A stretch of 64,000 nt of DNA from Bacillota bacterium (GTDB lineage Bacteria > Bacillota > Clostridia > Christensenellales > UMGS416): contig JAEYPH010000043.1 of assembly GCA_023410875.1 (NCBI GenBank), positions 19,096 through 83,095 on the forward strand, written 5' to 3'. The translations under genes were made by a program, and so were the position numbers. The first letter of the stretch is position 1; each line of letters begins with the position of its first letter. Below the pieces are notes generated by a model. It had not been told where the DNA came from. It ran no database searches and worked only from the letters and a program-made list of their open reading frames with translations. Shown here one piece after another: positions 1 through 9,984 of this stretch.

Positions 1-1648
1 GCGTCAGGGTGTCCAGGTTGTCGTCCAGCACAGCCTTCATCTCATGGGAGAGCTGGATCACCTGGGCGATGAGCAGCCGCTGGGAGCACGGCTGCGCGCC
101 GGACAGCGCCGCGCGGTACTTCTCATACCACAGGCGCTCGTGGGCGGCGTGCTGATCCAGGATCAGCAGGCTGTCGCCGTGCTGGACCAGCATAAAGGTG
201 TCAAACACCTGGCCGATGACCCGCAGCGCCGGCGCAGTGGAAAAGGCGGCCTGCTGCTCCACCTGGGAGGCGACGTTGGGTATGCTGGGGCGCTGCTGCA
301 GCGGCATGTCTGCCAGCGCGGAGCTGGGGCGGCCGGTCAGCAGGCTCACGTGGCCGGCAAAGCGGCTGACCGTATGCTCCAGCGTTTCCGGCGGCGGCGA
401 CACCTGGCCTACAGCGGGCCTTGCTTCTGCTGACAGAAAATCGGGCTTTCGCGTCAGGGTTCCAGCGGCGTGCGCAACGGCGGAAGGGGCTGGCTCCCTT
501 TCAACAATAGTAACCGACTGCTCGGGCTGCGGCGCTTTGGTGTTCAGGCGTGTCTCGACGACTGGGGGTGCCCATTCCTGTTCAACGGCAGGCTCGTTGG
601 GTTTGTCATTGGGCTCTGTGGGCTCCGGCGCGGGGAAGGCCCACGATATGGGCTCCCGTGTGTGCTGCGCCAGTGCCTTGGACACGGCAATTTCAATAAG
701 CTGGCGTACCTGGTGCTCATTGGCAAAGCGCACCTGCAGCTTATTCGGGTGCACGTTGACGTCCACCTCGCCGAAGGGCAGCGTAAGACTCATCACGTAG
801 CCCGGAAAGCGCCGGGAATCGGCCAGGCCGCCCACCAAGCGCTCCACGATGGCGCTGACTGCCCCGTGGGTCACGGCGCGGCCATTGACAACCAGCAGCT
901 GCGCGCCGCGGTTGCCCCGGGCCACCGACGGCGGGAAGAGGAACCCTTCCACGCCCAGGTTGCCGATGTGCTGGCGCACAGGAATGAGCCCGGCGGTAAT
1001 GTCGCGGCCATGGACGGTGTAGATGGCGCTCTTCAGGCTGCCGTCGCCGGCGCTGTGATAGGTAACCTTACCGTTGCTGATGAACTTCAGCGATACCTGG
1101 GGGTTGCTCAGGATCAGCCGGGACATCACGCTGCCAACATAGCCGGCTTCTACCGATGGCTTGGCCAGGAACTTGAGCCTTGCCGGCGTGTTGTAGAAAA
1201 GGTCCGCCACGACGATCGTCGTGCCGTCGGGGCAGCCGAACTCACTGTGGTTCACAGCCTTGCCGCCATGCATGATGAAGCGCATGCCGGCGCTCTGCTC
1301 GGCGGGCTTGGTCGTGAGCTCCAGGCGGCTCACGGCGGCGATGCTATAGAGCGCCTCGCCGCGAAAGCCCATGTGAGAAATGGCGTAAAGATCGTCCAGC
1401 GTGGCAATCTTGCTGGTGGCGTGGCGCTCGAAGGCCAGAGGCACCTCGGCGGCAGGGATACCGCAGCCGTTGTCGGTCACGCGGATGCGCTGTATGCCGC
1501 CTTCCTGTATCTCTACGGTCACAAAGGTACTGCCGGCGTCAATGGCGTTCTCCACCAGTTCCTTGACAACCGAAGACGGCCGCTCGACGACTTCGCCGGC
1601 GGCTATTTTCTGCGCGATGCTCTCTTCCAACAGGCGGATGGGGGCCAT
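1..1648 (-). CDS. mutL: DNA mismatch repair protein MutL (3' end cut by window edge)
   Basis: Absent from the ORF track because it runs off the left edge. Minus-strand ATG at 1648 follows an AAGGAG RBS and gives MAPIRLLEESIAQKIAAGEVVERPSSVVKELVENAIDAG (GHKL N-terminus). Downstream in frame I read EVDVNVHPNKLQVRF and GQVFDTFMLVQHGDSLLILDQHAAHERLWYEK. The frame stays open to position 2. It lies 22 nt downstream of mutS. Confidence 0.9.
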   Translation of the reverse strand, partial: MAPIRLLEESIAQKIAAGEVVERPSSVVKELVENAIDAGSTFVTVEIQEGGIQRIRVTDNGCGIPAAEVPLAFERHATSKIATLDDLYAISHMGFRGEALYSIAAVSRLELTTKPAEQSAGMRFIMHGGKAVNHSEFGCPDGTTIVVADLFYNTPARLKFLAKPSVEAGYVGSVMSRLILSNPQVSLKFISNGKVTYHSAGDGSLKSAIYTVHGRDITAGLIPVRQHIGNLGVEGFLFPPSVARGNRGAQLLVVNGRAVTHGAVSAIVERLVGGLADSRRFPGYVMSLTLPFGEVDVNVHPNKLQVRFANEHQVRQLIEIAVSKALAQHTREPISWAFPAPEPTEPNDKPNEPAVEQEWAPPVVETRLNTKAPQPEQSVTIVEREPAPSAVAHAAGTLTRKPDFLSAEARPAVGQVSPPPETLEHTVSRFAGHVSLLTGRPSSALADMPLQQRPSIPNVASQVEQQAAFSTAPALRVIGQVFDTFMLVQHGDSLLILDQHAAHERLWYEKYRAALSGAQPCSQRLLIAQVIQLSHEMKAVLDDNLDTLT

Positions 1649-1670
1649 ACTTCTCCTTAGCTTTGTCTGC

Positions 1671-4295
1671 TTAGCTGCTCTTCTCCATGCGCTGCTTGAG
1701 ACGGTTGAGCAGATACAGCGCGTCGATGGGCGTCGTCGTCGTGATGTCCAGGTTGCGTATCTCGTCCAGCAGGCCGGCGTAGGGCACCGTGTCCATGAAG
1801 TTCAATTGCACTTGTGCGGTCTGGTCCTTGAGGTTGGCGGCGGTCTTCTCTACGTTGGCGCTGACGCGCTGCTTGTTGATGTCGGCAGCCTCCAGGCGTT
1901 TCAGAATCTCCCTGGAGCGGTCCAGCACCTCCTGGGGCAGGCCTGCCAGCCCGGCCACGTGGATGCCAAAGCTCTTGTCCGCGCCGCCGCGCACGATGCG
2001 CCGCAGGAACAGCACCTCGTCGCCCTGCTCCTTTACGCTGATGCAGTAGTTCTTGACGCCGGGCACTTTGTCTTCCAGCTCGGTCAGCTCGTGATAGTGG
2101 GTCGCGAACAGCGTCTTGGCCCCCACCCGCTCGGTGTTGCACAGGTATTCCACGACCGACCACGCGATGCTCAGGCCGTCGAAGGTGCTGGTGCCGCGGC
2201 CGATCTCATCCAGTATCACCAGCGAATGGCGCGTGGCCTTGTGCAGGATGGAGGCCATCTCGCTCATCTCCACCATGAACGTGCTCTGGCCCAGGAACAA
2301 GTCGTCGGAGGCGCCCACGCGGGTGAAGATTTTATCCAGGATGCAGATGGACGCCTTGCGGGCGGGCACGAAGCTGCCCATGTGGGCCAGTATCGCCATC
2401 ACGGCGACCTGGCGCAGATAGGTGCTCTTGCCGGCCATGTTGGGCCCGGTGATGATCAGGAAACGGTTGGCCGCCATGTCCAGCACCGTGTTGTTGGGCA
2501 CGAAGCTCTGGGAACCCAGCGCCCGCTCCACGACGGGGTGGCGTCCATCCACGATGTTGAGCACACCGTCGGTCGTGATGTCCGGGCGCACGAAGTTCTG
2601 GCGCAGGGCCACCCGGGCCAACGCCTGCAGCACGTCCAGCTGGGCCACGGCGCGGGCGCTGGCCTGCACCCGGGGGATCTGCTTTTCCAGCGCGTCGCGA
2701 ATTTCCTGGAACAGCGCCTGCTCCAACTTGACACTGCGTTCCTCGGCGTGCAGCACCGTGCTCTCCAACTCTTTGAGCTCCGGCGTGATGAAGCGCTCCG
2801 CGCCGGCCAGCGTCTGCTTGCGCGTGTAGCGGTAGGGCACCGAGCCCAGGTTGGATTTGGTAACCTCTATGAAGTAGCCGAACACCTTGTTGTAGCCGAT
2901 ACGCAGATTCTTGATGCCGGTGGCCTCGCGCTCGGAGGCCTCCATCTGGTTCATGATGGCCTGCCCGTTGGTGTAGGCGGCCCGCAGCGCGTCCAGCTCG
3001 GCGTGGTAGCCGTCGCGGATGATGCCACCATCGCGGATGCTCATGGGCGGGTTGTCGGCGATGGCGCTGTGCAGCAGCGCGCTCAGGTCGGCGCACGGGT
3101 CCATGCGCCCGTTGATGTCCGCGAGCAAGGCGCTGTGGCACACGGCCAGAGATTCCTTGACGGCGGGCAGCGTGGCCAGCGATTGGCCCAGCGCCTGACA
3201 GTCGCGGGCGTTCAGCGACGCGTAGGATACTTTGCTCAGGATGCGCTCGATGTCCTTGATAGCCGAAAGTTGGTCGGCCAGCGCGTCGCACAAGATCAGG
3301 TCACCTTTAAGCTCCTGCACGGCGTCCAGCCGGGCGTTGATGGCGACCGGCGACTGCAAGGGCAGCTCCAGCCAGTTCTTGAGCAGCCGCGCACCCATGG
3401 CCGTGGCAGTCTCATCCAGCAGCCACAGCAGTGAACCGCGGCGGGCCTGGCTGCGCAGCGTCTGCGTGAGCTCCAGGTTGCGCCGGGCGGCTGGGTCTAT
3501 GAACAGAAATTGCTGCAGCTCGTAGGCGGACGGCGGGTTCAGGTGGCTCAGCGCGTTTTTCTGGGTGGATTCCAGATAGCCCAGCATTGCCCCGGCGGCG
3601 CACAGCGCCGCGCCCTGCAGAGCGGACACCGCTGCCTCGCCAAAGCGGCCGCTCAAGGATCGCAACGCGGCGTCCGGCGCGAAGGCATCTTCCGGCAGCG
3701 CGGCGGAGGGCCAGCTTAAGAGCTTTCGGTAGGGGCTGTCCGACCCCACGGCCAGCAGCATGTCGGTGTTGACGAGAATCTCGCTGGGCCCCAGGCGCGT
3801 GAGCTCATCCAGCAGCGCGCTGGCGCGATCCTCCACGGCGGTCACGCGGAACTCGCCGGTGCTCACATCCACGGCGGCCAGGCCCACGATGCCGGCGTCC
3901 TTAAACAGGCTCACGATGTAGTTGGGCGCCTTCTCATCCAACATGGAGCTTTCGATGACGGTGCCCGGTGTGATGATGCGCACGACGTCGCGCTCCACGA
4001 GGCCGCTGGACTCGGCGGGATCGCTCATCTGCTCGCAGATGGCCACCTTGTAGCCCTTGGCCAGCAGGCGGTTCACGTATTGATCCACACTGTGGAAGGG
4101 CACGCCGCACATGGGCGCGCGCTCCTGCAGGCCGCAGTCGCGGCCGGTCAGCGTCAGCTCCAGCTCCCGCGAGGCCAGCACCGCGTCCTCAAAGAACATC
4201 TCGTAGAAGTCGCCCAGGCGGAAGAACAGCAGCGCGTCGGGGTACTGCTCCTTGAGCTGCATGTATTGCGCCATCATCGGCGACAGCTTTGCCAT
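1671..4295 (-). CDS. mutS: DNA mismatch repair protein MutS
   Basis: 874-aa ORF. N-terminus is MAKLSPMMAQYMQLKEQYPDALLFFRLGDFYEMFFEDA. Walker A is ITGPNMAGKSTYLRQ, followed by the DEIGRGTSTFDG motif. Confidence 0.97.
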   Translation of the reverse strand: MAKLSPMMAQYMQLKEQYPDALLFFRLGDFYEMFFEDAVLASRELELTLTGRDCGLQERAPMCGVPFHSVDQYVNRLLAKGYKVAICEQMSDPAESSGLVERDVVRIITPGTVIESSMLDEKAPNYIVSLFKDAGIVGLAAVDVSTGEFRVTAVEDRASALLDELTRLGPSEILVNTDMLLAVGSDSPYRKLLSWPSAALPEDAFAPDAALRSLSGRFGEAAVSALQGAALCAAGAMLGYLESTQKNALSHLNPPSAYELQQFLFIDPAARRNLELTQTLRSQARRGSLLWLLDETATAMGARLLKNWLELPLQSPVAINARLDAVQELKGDLILCDALADQLSAIKDIERILSKVSYASLNARDCQALGQSLATLPAVKESLAVCHSALLADINGRMDPCADLSALLHSAIADNPPMSIRDGGIIRDGYHAELDALRAAYTNGQAIMNQMEASEREATGIKNLRIGYNKVFGYFIEVTKSNLGSVPYRYTRKQTLAGAERFITPELKELESTVLHAEERSVKLEQALFQEIRDALEKQIPRVQASARAVAQLDVLQALARVALRQNFVRPDITTDGVLNIVDGRHPVVERALGSQSFVPNNTVLDMAANRFLIITGPNMAGKSTYLRQVAVMAILAHMGSFVPARKASICILDKIFTRVGASDDLFLGQSTFMVEMSEMASILHKATRHSLVILDEIGRGTSTFDGLSIAWSVVEYLCNTERVGAKTLFATHYHELTELEDKVPGVKNYCISVKEQGDEVLFLRRIVRGGADKSFGIHVAGLAGLPQEVLDRSREILKRLEAADINKQRVSANVEKTAANLKDQTAQVQLNFMDTVPYAGLLDEIRNLDITTTTPIDALYLLNRLKQRMEKSS

Positions 4296-4296
4296 G

Positions 4297-5700
4297 TTAC
4301 TCTCCCGCTTCGCCGGCGGCGATCTCGCCCACCAGCGTATTTGCCATCGACTTGGTGATCTTCACACTCCGGATGGAGCCGATCAGGCTGGCGTCGCCGT
4401 CGGCGCTGACCGTGCGACCGCTGCCGGTACGCCCGCTTATCTGTGTGGCGCGGCGGCGGCTGACCGTCTCGAAGAGCACGCTTTGCACGCTACCTACGGC
4501 CTGGGCATCCAGCTCGGCGCTGATGCGCGTCTGCAGTGCGTTGAGCCGCGCCAGGCGTTCACGCTTGATGTCGTCGGGGATCTGGTCTTCCATTTTGGCG
4601 GCGGCGGTGCCGGTGCGCCGGGAATACTTGAACGTGAACGCCGCGTTGAACCGTGAGCGCTCCACCAGTGCCAGCGTGGCCTGGAAGTCCTCCTCGGTCT
4701 CGCCGGGGAAGCCCACGATGAAATCCGACGACACGCCGATGCCCGGCACGGCGGCACGCAGCTTTTCCAGCAAGCCCAGATAGTGGGCTGCGGTGTAGCG
4801 GCGGTTCATGCGCGCAAGGATCGCGTCGCTGCCGCTCTGCACCGGCAGGTGGATCTGCGGGCATACGGCGCGGGAATGGGCCATGACCTCTATGAGCTCA
4901 TCGGACAGGTCCTTGGGGTGCGACGTCATAAAGCGCAGGCGCAAAAGCTCGGGCACTTCCTCCTCGATGCGTCGCAGCAGCTGCGGGAAGCGCAGGCTGC
5001 CGCCGTGGTAGGAATTCACGTTCTGGCCCAGCAGCGTGACCTCGCGCACGCCGGACGCCACAAGTTCCCGCACTTCCGCAATGATCACGTCGGGTTCGCG
5101 GCTCTTTTCCCGGCCCCGCACGTGAGGCACGATGCAATAAGAGCAGAAGTTGTCACAGCCGTACATGATCGTTGTCCACGCGCTCACGCTGGTCTTGCGC
5201 ACGGCAGGGATGCCCTCTACGATGTTCAGGCTGCCTTCGGCCACGCGGGCGAAGCCCTTGCCGCTGCTGGCGGCCTCCACGAGCATCTGGGGCAGCTCGT
5301 GCAGGTTGTGGGTGCCGAAGGCCAGGTTCACATGGCGCATTCTGGAGAGCAGCTTCTGGGCGGCCTTGTCCTGCTGCATCATGCAGCCGCACACGCCCAG
5401 CAGCAGATCGGGCTTCTCCCGCTTGATCGTGGCGATCTGGCCCAGGCGGCCGTAGACGCGGTTCTCGGCGTGCTCGCGCACACAGCATGTGTTCAGCAGG
5501 ATCAAGTCGGCGTCCTGCTCGCCCTGGGCCTGCTCCATGCCGATGGTCTGCAGCAATCCGGCCAGCCGCTCGCTGTCGTGGGCGTTCATCTGGCAGCCGT
5601 AGGTCTCGATATGATAGCGCTTGCCCCCCAGCACAGCGTGGGCCTGTTCGATCCAGGCCCCCTGGGCGGCATCGCGTTGGAAGTCCATGCTCGTATCCAA
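4297..5700 (-). CDS. miaB: tRNA (N6-isopentenyl-A37) methylthiotransferase MiaB
   Basis: 467-aa ORF. Has the YHIETYGCQMNAHDSE N-terminal cluster motif, the radical-SAM CDNFCSYC motif and a C-terminal TRAM-like region. The miaB-mutS-mutL order is classic. The start may be an internal Met. Confidence 0.9.
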   Translation of the reverse strand: MDTSMDFQRDAAQGAWIEQAHAVLGGKRYHIETYGCQMNAHDSERLAGLLQTIGMEQAQGEQDADLILLNTCCVREHAENRVYGRLGQIATIKREKPDLLLGVCGCMMQQDKAAQKLLSRMRHVNLAFGTHNLHELPQMLVEAASSGKGFARVAEGSLNIVEGIPAVRKTSVSAWTTIMYGCDNFCSYCIVPHVRGREKSREPDVIIAEVRELVASGVREVTLLGQNVNSYHGGSLRFPQLLRRIEEEVPELLRLRFMTSHPKDLSDELIEVMAHSRAVCPQIHLPVQSGSDAILARMNRRYTAAHYLGLLEKLRAAVPGIGVSSDFIVGFPGETEEDFQATLALVERSRFNAAFTFKYSRRTGTAAAKMEDQIPDDIKRERLARLNALQTRISAELDAQAVGSVQSVLFETVSRRRATQISGRTGSGRTVSADGDASLIGSIRSVKITKSMANTLVGEIAAGEAGE

Positions 5701-5955
5701 TGAAATCCCCTTGTTTGCGTCTGGGGAAGTGCTGAATAAAGCATGGCATCTGCCTTGATTGGTCTTTTTCCGCCCTGCTTCGTTGCCGTCAGCCGCCTAT
5801 GCTCTGCGGCATAAGCGACCTCCTCCGCCTGGCAGGACGAAAAAATACACTGCGCAATTCAGACGCCCCATTTATTCAGCGATTCCCTAGTACGCTAGTT
5901 CTTGTATCTTACCTATTATATCCATTCAGCATGTTGTATTCAAGGTGCGCATGCT

Positions 5956-6528
5956 TTAGTTCAGCTCGTCCAGCGTCAGGCTGAAGCTGGGCGCGAAGCG
6001 CTCCAGGAAGTGCCGCACCTCCGGCAGGTCCATGGCGTCCAGCTCCCGGCGTACGGACTGCGTGGCCTTCTCGAATTCGCGGTTGCCGGCCTTCAGCTCG
6101 TCCAGGCACTTCAAGTACGCGGCGATCTTGTCGGCGGCCTTGGCCAGGCGGTGTTCCGGACTGTCCTGCTGGAACAGCAGCGGCTCGTAATCGCTGCGCA
6201 GCTCCTCGGGCAGCATACTCAGCAGCTTGTGGTTGGCGACCTGCTCGATGTCCTTGTAAGCCTGCTTGATATGGGGGTTGAAGTATTTGATTGGCGTGGC
6301 CATGTCGCCGGTGATGACCTCGCTGGCCTCGTGGAACACCGCCAGTGTCGTGACACGCTGGGCGTCCACGTGTCCGCCGTAGTAGCGGTTGGAGATCGTC
6401 GCGAGGCCGTGGCCGATCATCGCGACCTGCAGGCTGTGCTCCTGTATGTTCTCCGGCTGCGTGTTGCGCATCAGCCCCCAGCGCAGGATGTATTTCATGC
6501 GGCCCAGATAGGCAAAAAAGTGGCTCAT
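5956..6528 (-). CDS. HD-domain phosphohydrolase, YfbR-like 5'-deoxynucleotidase
   Basis: Sequence MSHFFAYLGRMKYILRWGLMRNTQPENIQEHSLQVAMIGH...HEASEVITGDMATPIKY carries HD family motifs. I chose the start at Met22 of ORF 5956..6591 because a GGGAGG RBS precedes it. Confidence 0.75.
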   Translation of the reverse strand: MSHFFAYLGRMKYILRWGLMRNTQPENIQEHSLQVAMIGHGLATISNRYYGGHVDAQRVTTLAVFHEASEVITGDMATPIKYFNPHIKQAYKDIEQVANHKLLSMLPEELRSDYEPLLFQQDSPEHRLAKAADKIAAYLKCLDELKAGNREFEKATQSVRRELDAMDLPEVRHFLERFAPSFSLTLDELN

Positions 6529-6606
6529 GGCGAATCCTCCCTTGTTCTGACACATCTTGACACCCCCTATCATATCTGCTACCATACACACAATTCAATA
6601 ACAAAT

Positions 6607-6746
6607 CCGCTGGGGGGGTAGCCCGAAGGGCTGCTGAGAGGCGCTTACGCGCGACCCTTGGAACCTGTAAGTTCACACTTGCGTAGGGAAGCGGGCCTGA
6701 TTCAGGCTTCTGCTTCCCGTATGCCCAGAGCATACGGGTTTTCTTT
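6607..6746 (+). promoter_or_regulatory. TPP (THI-box) riboswitch with intrinsic terminator expression platform
   Basis: P1 is CCGC...GCGG. Conserved blocks are CTGAGA, ACCCTTGGAACCTG and GCGTAGGGAA. A terminator hairpin CCCGTATGC-CCAGA-GCATACGGG plus TTTTCTTT sits at 6716-6746, directly upstream of thiT. Confidence 0.85.
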
Positions 6747-6806
6747 ATGGGGAACGCTGAGCGTGCCGCTCTTTTTACCCTCCGCCGGCGGAGGAATGGA
6801 GTCATC

Positions 6807-7643
6807 ATGTTTTCCAACTTCGTCAATCCCCTGTCCGACCTGACCGGCGTGAGCTGGTACTCCTTCGCCGCAGTGGCCGTGCTGGTGCTGGCGGCGCTGG
6901 TGTTCATCCTGGCCAGCCGTCTGAAGGCGCTGCCCAAGATCGTGCTGGCTGTCGTGGCCACGGCCACGATGGTGTTCCTCGTGGCCTTGCTCTTCGCCAG
7001 CGCCGCCAGCTCGCTGGACCAGCCGCTGGAATGGAGCGGCGTTACGCTGAATGCGGCCGTGGCGCTGGTGTGCCTGGCGCTGTTGGTGGGGCTGTTCTTC
7101 GCGCTGCGCCGGCTGCAACTGGACACCCGCGCGCTGGTGGCGGCTTCGCTGTGCATCGCGCTGGGCTTCATTCTCTCCAACCTGAAGTTTTACCAGATGC
7201 CCCAGGGCGGCAGCATCACACCGGCCAGCATGCTGCCTGTCATGCTGTTCGCGTGGGCCTTCGGCCCCATCCCCGGCTTCGCCGCCGGCCTCGTGTATGG
7301 CGCGCTGCAGCTGCTGCAAGATTTCTATGTTGTGCACCCGGCGCAGCTGCTGCTGGATTACATCTTCGCCTTCACGGCGCTGGGCCTGGCCGGTTTCTTC
7401 CGCAAGAACCTGCTGTTGGGCGTTCTCGTGGCGGGGCTCACGCGCTTCGTGTTTCACTTCCTGTCCGGCGTCGTGTTCTTCGGTTCTTTCGCCGAGGATC
7501 AGAATGTGTTCGTGTACAGCCTGGTCTACAACGCCTCGGTCGTGCTGCCCGACACCGCCATCTGCCTGGTCATCGCGGCCATTCCGGGTTTCCGCCGCGC
7601 CATGGAGCGGGTGTTCAAGGCTTCGGCCACGGTCAAGGCATAA
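6807..7643 (+). CDS. thiT: Thiamine transporter ThiT family (ECF S-component-like) with N-terminal transmembrane extension
   Basis: The C-terminal about 180 aa resemble ThiT (KFYQMPQGGSITPASMLPVML..., GLAGFFRKN...FVFHFLSGVVFF...VYSLVYNASVVLPD). It follows the TPP riboswitch. Start MFSNFV is preceded by GGAGGA. Confidence 0.8.
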   Translation: MFSNFVNPLSDLTGVSWYSFAAVAVLVLAALVFILASRLKALPKIVLAVVATATMVFLVALLFASAASSLDQPLEWSGVTLNAAVALVCLALLVGLFFALRRLQLDTRALVAASLCIALGFILSNLKFYQMPQGGSITPASMLPVMLFAWAFGPIPGFAAGLVYGALQLLQDFYVVHPAQLLLDYIFAFTALGLAGFFRKNLLLGVLVAGLTRFVFHFLSGVVFFGSFAEDQNVFVYSLVYNASVVLPDTAICLVIAAIPGFRRAMERVFKASATVKA

Positions 7644-7679
7644 CCCAAGGAACCATAGCTGTTTCAACAGAAGGAAAAA

Positions 7680-7710
7680 CAAGGCTCCGCCGGTGCGGAG
7701 CCTTGTTTTT
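7680..7710. terminator. Bidirectional rho-independent terminator between thiT and pgi
   Basis: Hairpin CAAGGCTCCGC-CGGT-GCGGAGCCTTG is flanked by an A-run and TTTTT. Confidence 0.75.
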
Positions 7711-7719
7711 ATGCTTGGA

Positions 7720-9198
7720 TCAGAGGATGTACTTGTCCTTCTTGGGCGGGCGGGCGGCCAGCTCCGCGCGCTTGTCGTCGAAGCCCGGGCGGCCCAGCAG
7801 CGCGTAGGTTGCGTTCTTGCCTTCCTCCACACCGGGTTGGTCGAAGGCATCGATGCCCAGCAGTTCGCCGCACACGGCGGTCTGCACCTCGAAGAAGTGC
7901 AGCAGCTGGCCCACGGTGAAGGCGTTGACCTCCGGCAGCAGCACGGTCTGGTTGAGCTTGCCGGCCTTCACCAGCGCGTACTCGGTGGCGGCGCGCTCGC
8001 TCTGGATCAGCTCGTTGAGCGTATGGCCGCCCAGGAAGCTGACCGCGGGGATCTCCTCGAACCCGTGGGGGATCGCATAATCGCAGCGGTACTTCTCCAC
8101 GCCCAGGAACGTGATGACCTTGTCGAAGGGACCTTCGGTGTACAGCTGCACCTGGGAATGCTGGTCGGTGACGCCCAGGCTCTTGACCGGCGTCTGGCCC
8201 ACGTGCACGGTCTTGCCGCGCAGCGTGAACTTCTTGCCCAGGCTCTCGCCCCACAGCTGGGCATACCAATCGGCCATGTATTTCAGTGAATCGGCATAGG
8301 GCATCACGATCTGTACGTTCTTGTCCTTCTGCGTCATGGCGATGTAGGCCAATACGCCGGACATCCAGCCAGGGTTGCTCCACAAGTCTTCGACCTGGCA
8401 CAGTTCGTCCATATAGGCTGCACCAGCCAGCATTTCCTCGATGTCGATGTTGCACACCGCCGCCGGCAGCAGGCCCACCGGGCACAGCTCAGAGAAGCGC
8501 CCGCCTACGCCGTCGGGGATTACGAAGGTCTTAAGCTTGTACTGCTTGGCGATCTTAATGAGATAGCCCTTCTTGCGGTCGGTCGTCGCGATGATGTGCT
8601 TGGCCAGATGATCGGCGCCCAGCCGCTTGGTCAGCTCGTCGAACACGATCAGCAGTTGAGACATCGTCTCCGACGTGCTGCCGGATTTGGTGATGACGTT
8701 GAAGCAAGTCTTCTTGAGGTCGATGACATCCAGAAGGGCGGCCATGCGCTCGGGGTCGATGTTGTCTTCCACGAACAGGCGGGGGCCGCCACGGTTCTCA
8801 TCGTCCAAATCGTTGTAGTGCAGATGGTTGAGCGCCTGTTGCACTGCGATGGGGCCCAGGGCCGAGCCGCCGATGCCCAGCACGACGAAGTTGTCAAAGG
8901 TGTCGCGCACGCGGCGGGCGGTGGCCAGGATGTCTTCCGCGACGGTCTTCTGGTTGTGGGGCAGCTTGGTCCATGCCATCATGCGGGAGGGTCTCCCCCA
9001 CTTGCCCTTGAGCGACTTGCGGGCCTTGTCGATCTGAGGCGTCAGCGCCTCGATGTCGGCCATGGAAATTGCCCCCACTTTGTTGCGGAACTTGACGGCC
9101 TGGGCGGTCTTATCTATGTACTCCTCCATCATGTGGTTGAAGTCATATTTGAGCCGCATGCTCTTCTTCCAGTCTTCGGTCTGCCAGCGATTCAACAT
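7720..9198 (-). CDS. pgi: Glucose-6-phosphate isomerase
   Basis: 492-aa ORF containing VVLGIGGSALGP, TKSGSTSET and DQHSQVQLYTEGP motifs. AAGGAG RBS lies 6 nt before the ATG at 9198. Confidence 0.93.
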   Translation of the reverse strand: MLNRWQTEDWKKSMRLKYDFNHMMEEYIDKTAQAVKFRNKVGAISMADIEALTPQIDKARKSLKGKWGRPSRMMAWTKLPHNQKTVAEDILATARRVRDTFDNFVVLGIGGSALGPIAVQQALNHLHYNDLDDENRGGPRLFVEDNIDPERMAALLDVIDLKKTCFNVITKSGSTSETMSQLLIVFDELTKRLGADHLAKHIIATTDRKKGYLIKIAKQYKLKTFVIPDGVGGRFSELCPVGLLPAAVCNIDIEEMLAGAAYMDELCQVEDLWSNPGWMSGVLAYIAMTQKDKNVQIVMPYADSLKYMADWYAQLWGESLGKKFTLRGKTVHVGQTPVKSLGVTDQHSQVQLYTEGPFDKVITFLGVEKYRCDYAIPHGFEEIPAVSFLGGHTLNELIQSERAATEYALVKAGKLNQTVLLPEVNAFTVGQLLHFFEVQTAVCGELLGIDAFDQPGVEEGKNATYALLGRPGFDDKRAELAARPPKKDKYIL

Positions 9199-9388
9199 AG
9201 TCTACTCCTTGAAAGCATTCAGCATATTATACAGTATTATGTAGAAAAACAAAAGGCTTCCTTGCTCCCATTCTAGTATGCAGAGGCCCATTTCATCCTA
9301 TTCGCGGGCCTTGCAATCGGTTTCCCGCCGGTCTTGCCGGCATGGCTCGTTGCACGGTTGCATATACATTTGCCGAGGTGTTTTGTAG

Positions 9389-9904
9389 ATGGTGCAAGGG
9401 GTTTCGCTGCGGCTGCTGCTGGCGACGGTGGCTATTTTGGCGGTGCTGCTGCTCGTGTCGCTGGCCGTGCCCGATAGCCTGATGGCATCGGCGCTGCTAC
9501 CCGGCCAACCCGCGGGCTCGCTGGTCGTCACCGTGCAGGATGGCTTCACCGAGCAGCCGCTGCAGGGCGCCATAGTCGTGATACCCGAAACCGGCGAGAG
9601 CGCCGTGACCGACGACAACGGCAAAACCACGGTGATGAACGCGCCCATCCTGCAGGACGCCAACGAGCAGGCCGTGCTGCCGATGAACTGGGGCGAGATC
9701 ACGCTGCTGATCTATCGCGACGGCTACATCGATGCGGCGATCTTTCATGTGAATATCTATGAAAACCAAACGCGCCAGGGGCCTACGGTGCTTCTGTTTC
9801 CGCTGGACGCCGAGGGCGCCAACGCGCCTTTCACATTGATCGAATCGCCCAATCGCCTGTGGGTGCAGCAGCTTTTGGCGAAATTCCGCCCATCTGCCGA
9901 TTGA
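9389..9904 (+). CDS. Hypothetical secreted protein with carboxypeptidase-regulatory-like beta domain
   Basis: Has an N-terminal signal/TM segment (LRLLLATVAILAVLLLVSLAV). This is followed by GSLVVTVQDGFTEQPLQGAIVVIPETGESAVTDDNGKT, typical of CarboxypepD_reg-like folds. Confidence 0.5.
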   Translation: MVQGVSLRLLLATVAILAVLLLVSLAVPDSLMASALLPGQPAGSLVVTVQDGFTEQPLQGAIVVIPETGESAVTDDNGKTTVMNAPILQDANEQAVLPMNWGEITLLIYRDGYIDAAIFHVNIYENQTRQGPTVLLFPLDAEGANAPFTLIESPNRLWVQQLLAKFRPSAD

Positions 9905-9984
9905 ATCGTTTGCCAGCAAATGTAACTTGTTCCTTCCAACAAAAATCGATATAATTGATTCTATCAAACTCTACCGAGGGCGAC

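Noticed and set aside
1401-3434. 677-aa plus-strand ORF antisense to mutS (and the similar 470..1660 ORF antisense to mutL)
   Set aside because: These are GC-driven shadow ORFs. Their composition is rich in Ala, Arg, Gly, His, Leu and Val with no recognisable motifs. They lie opposite genes with unambiguous conserved protein sequences.
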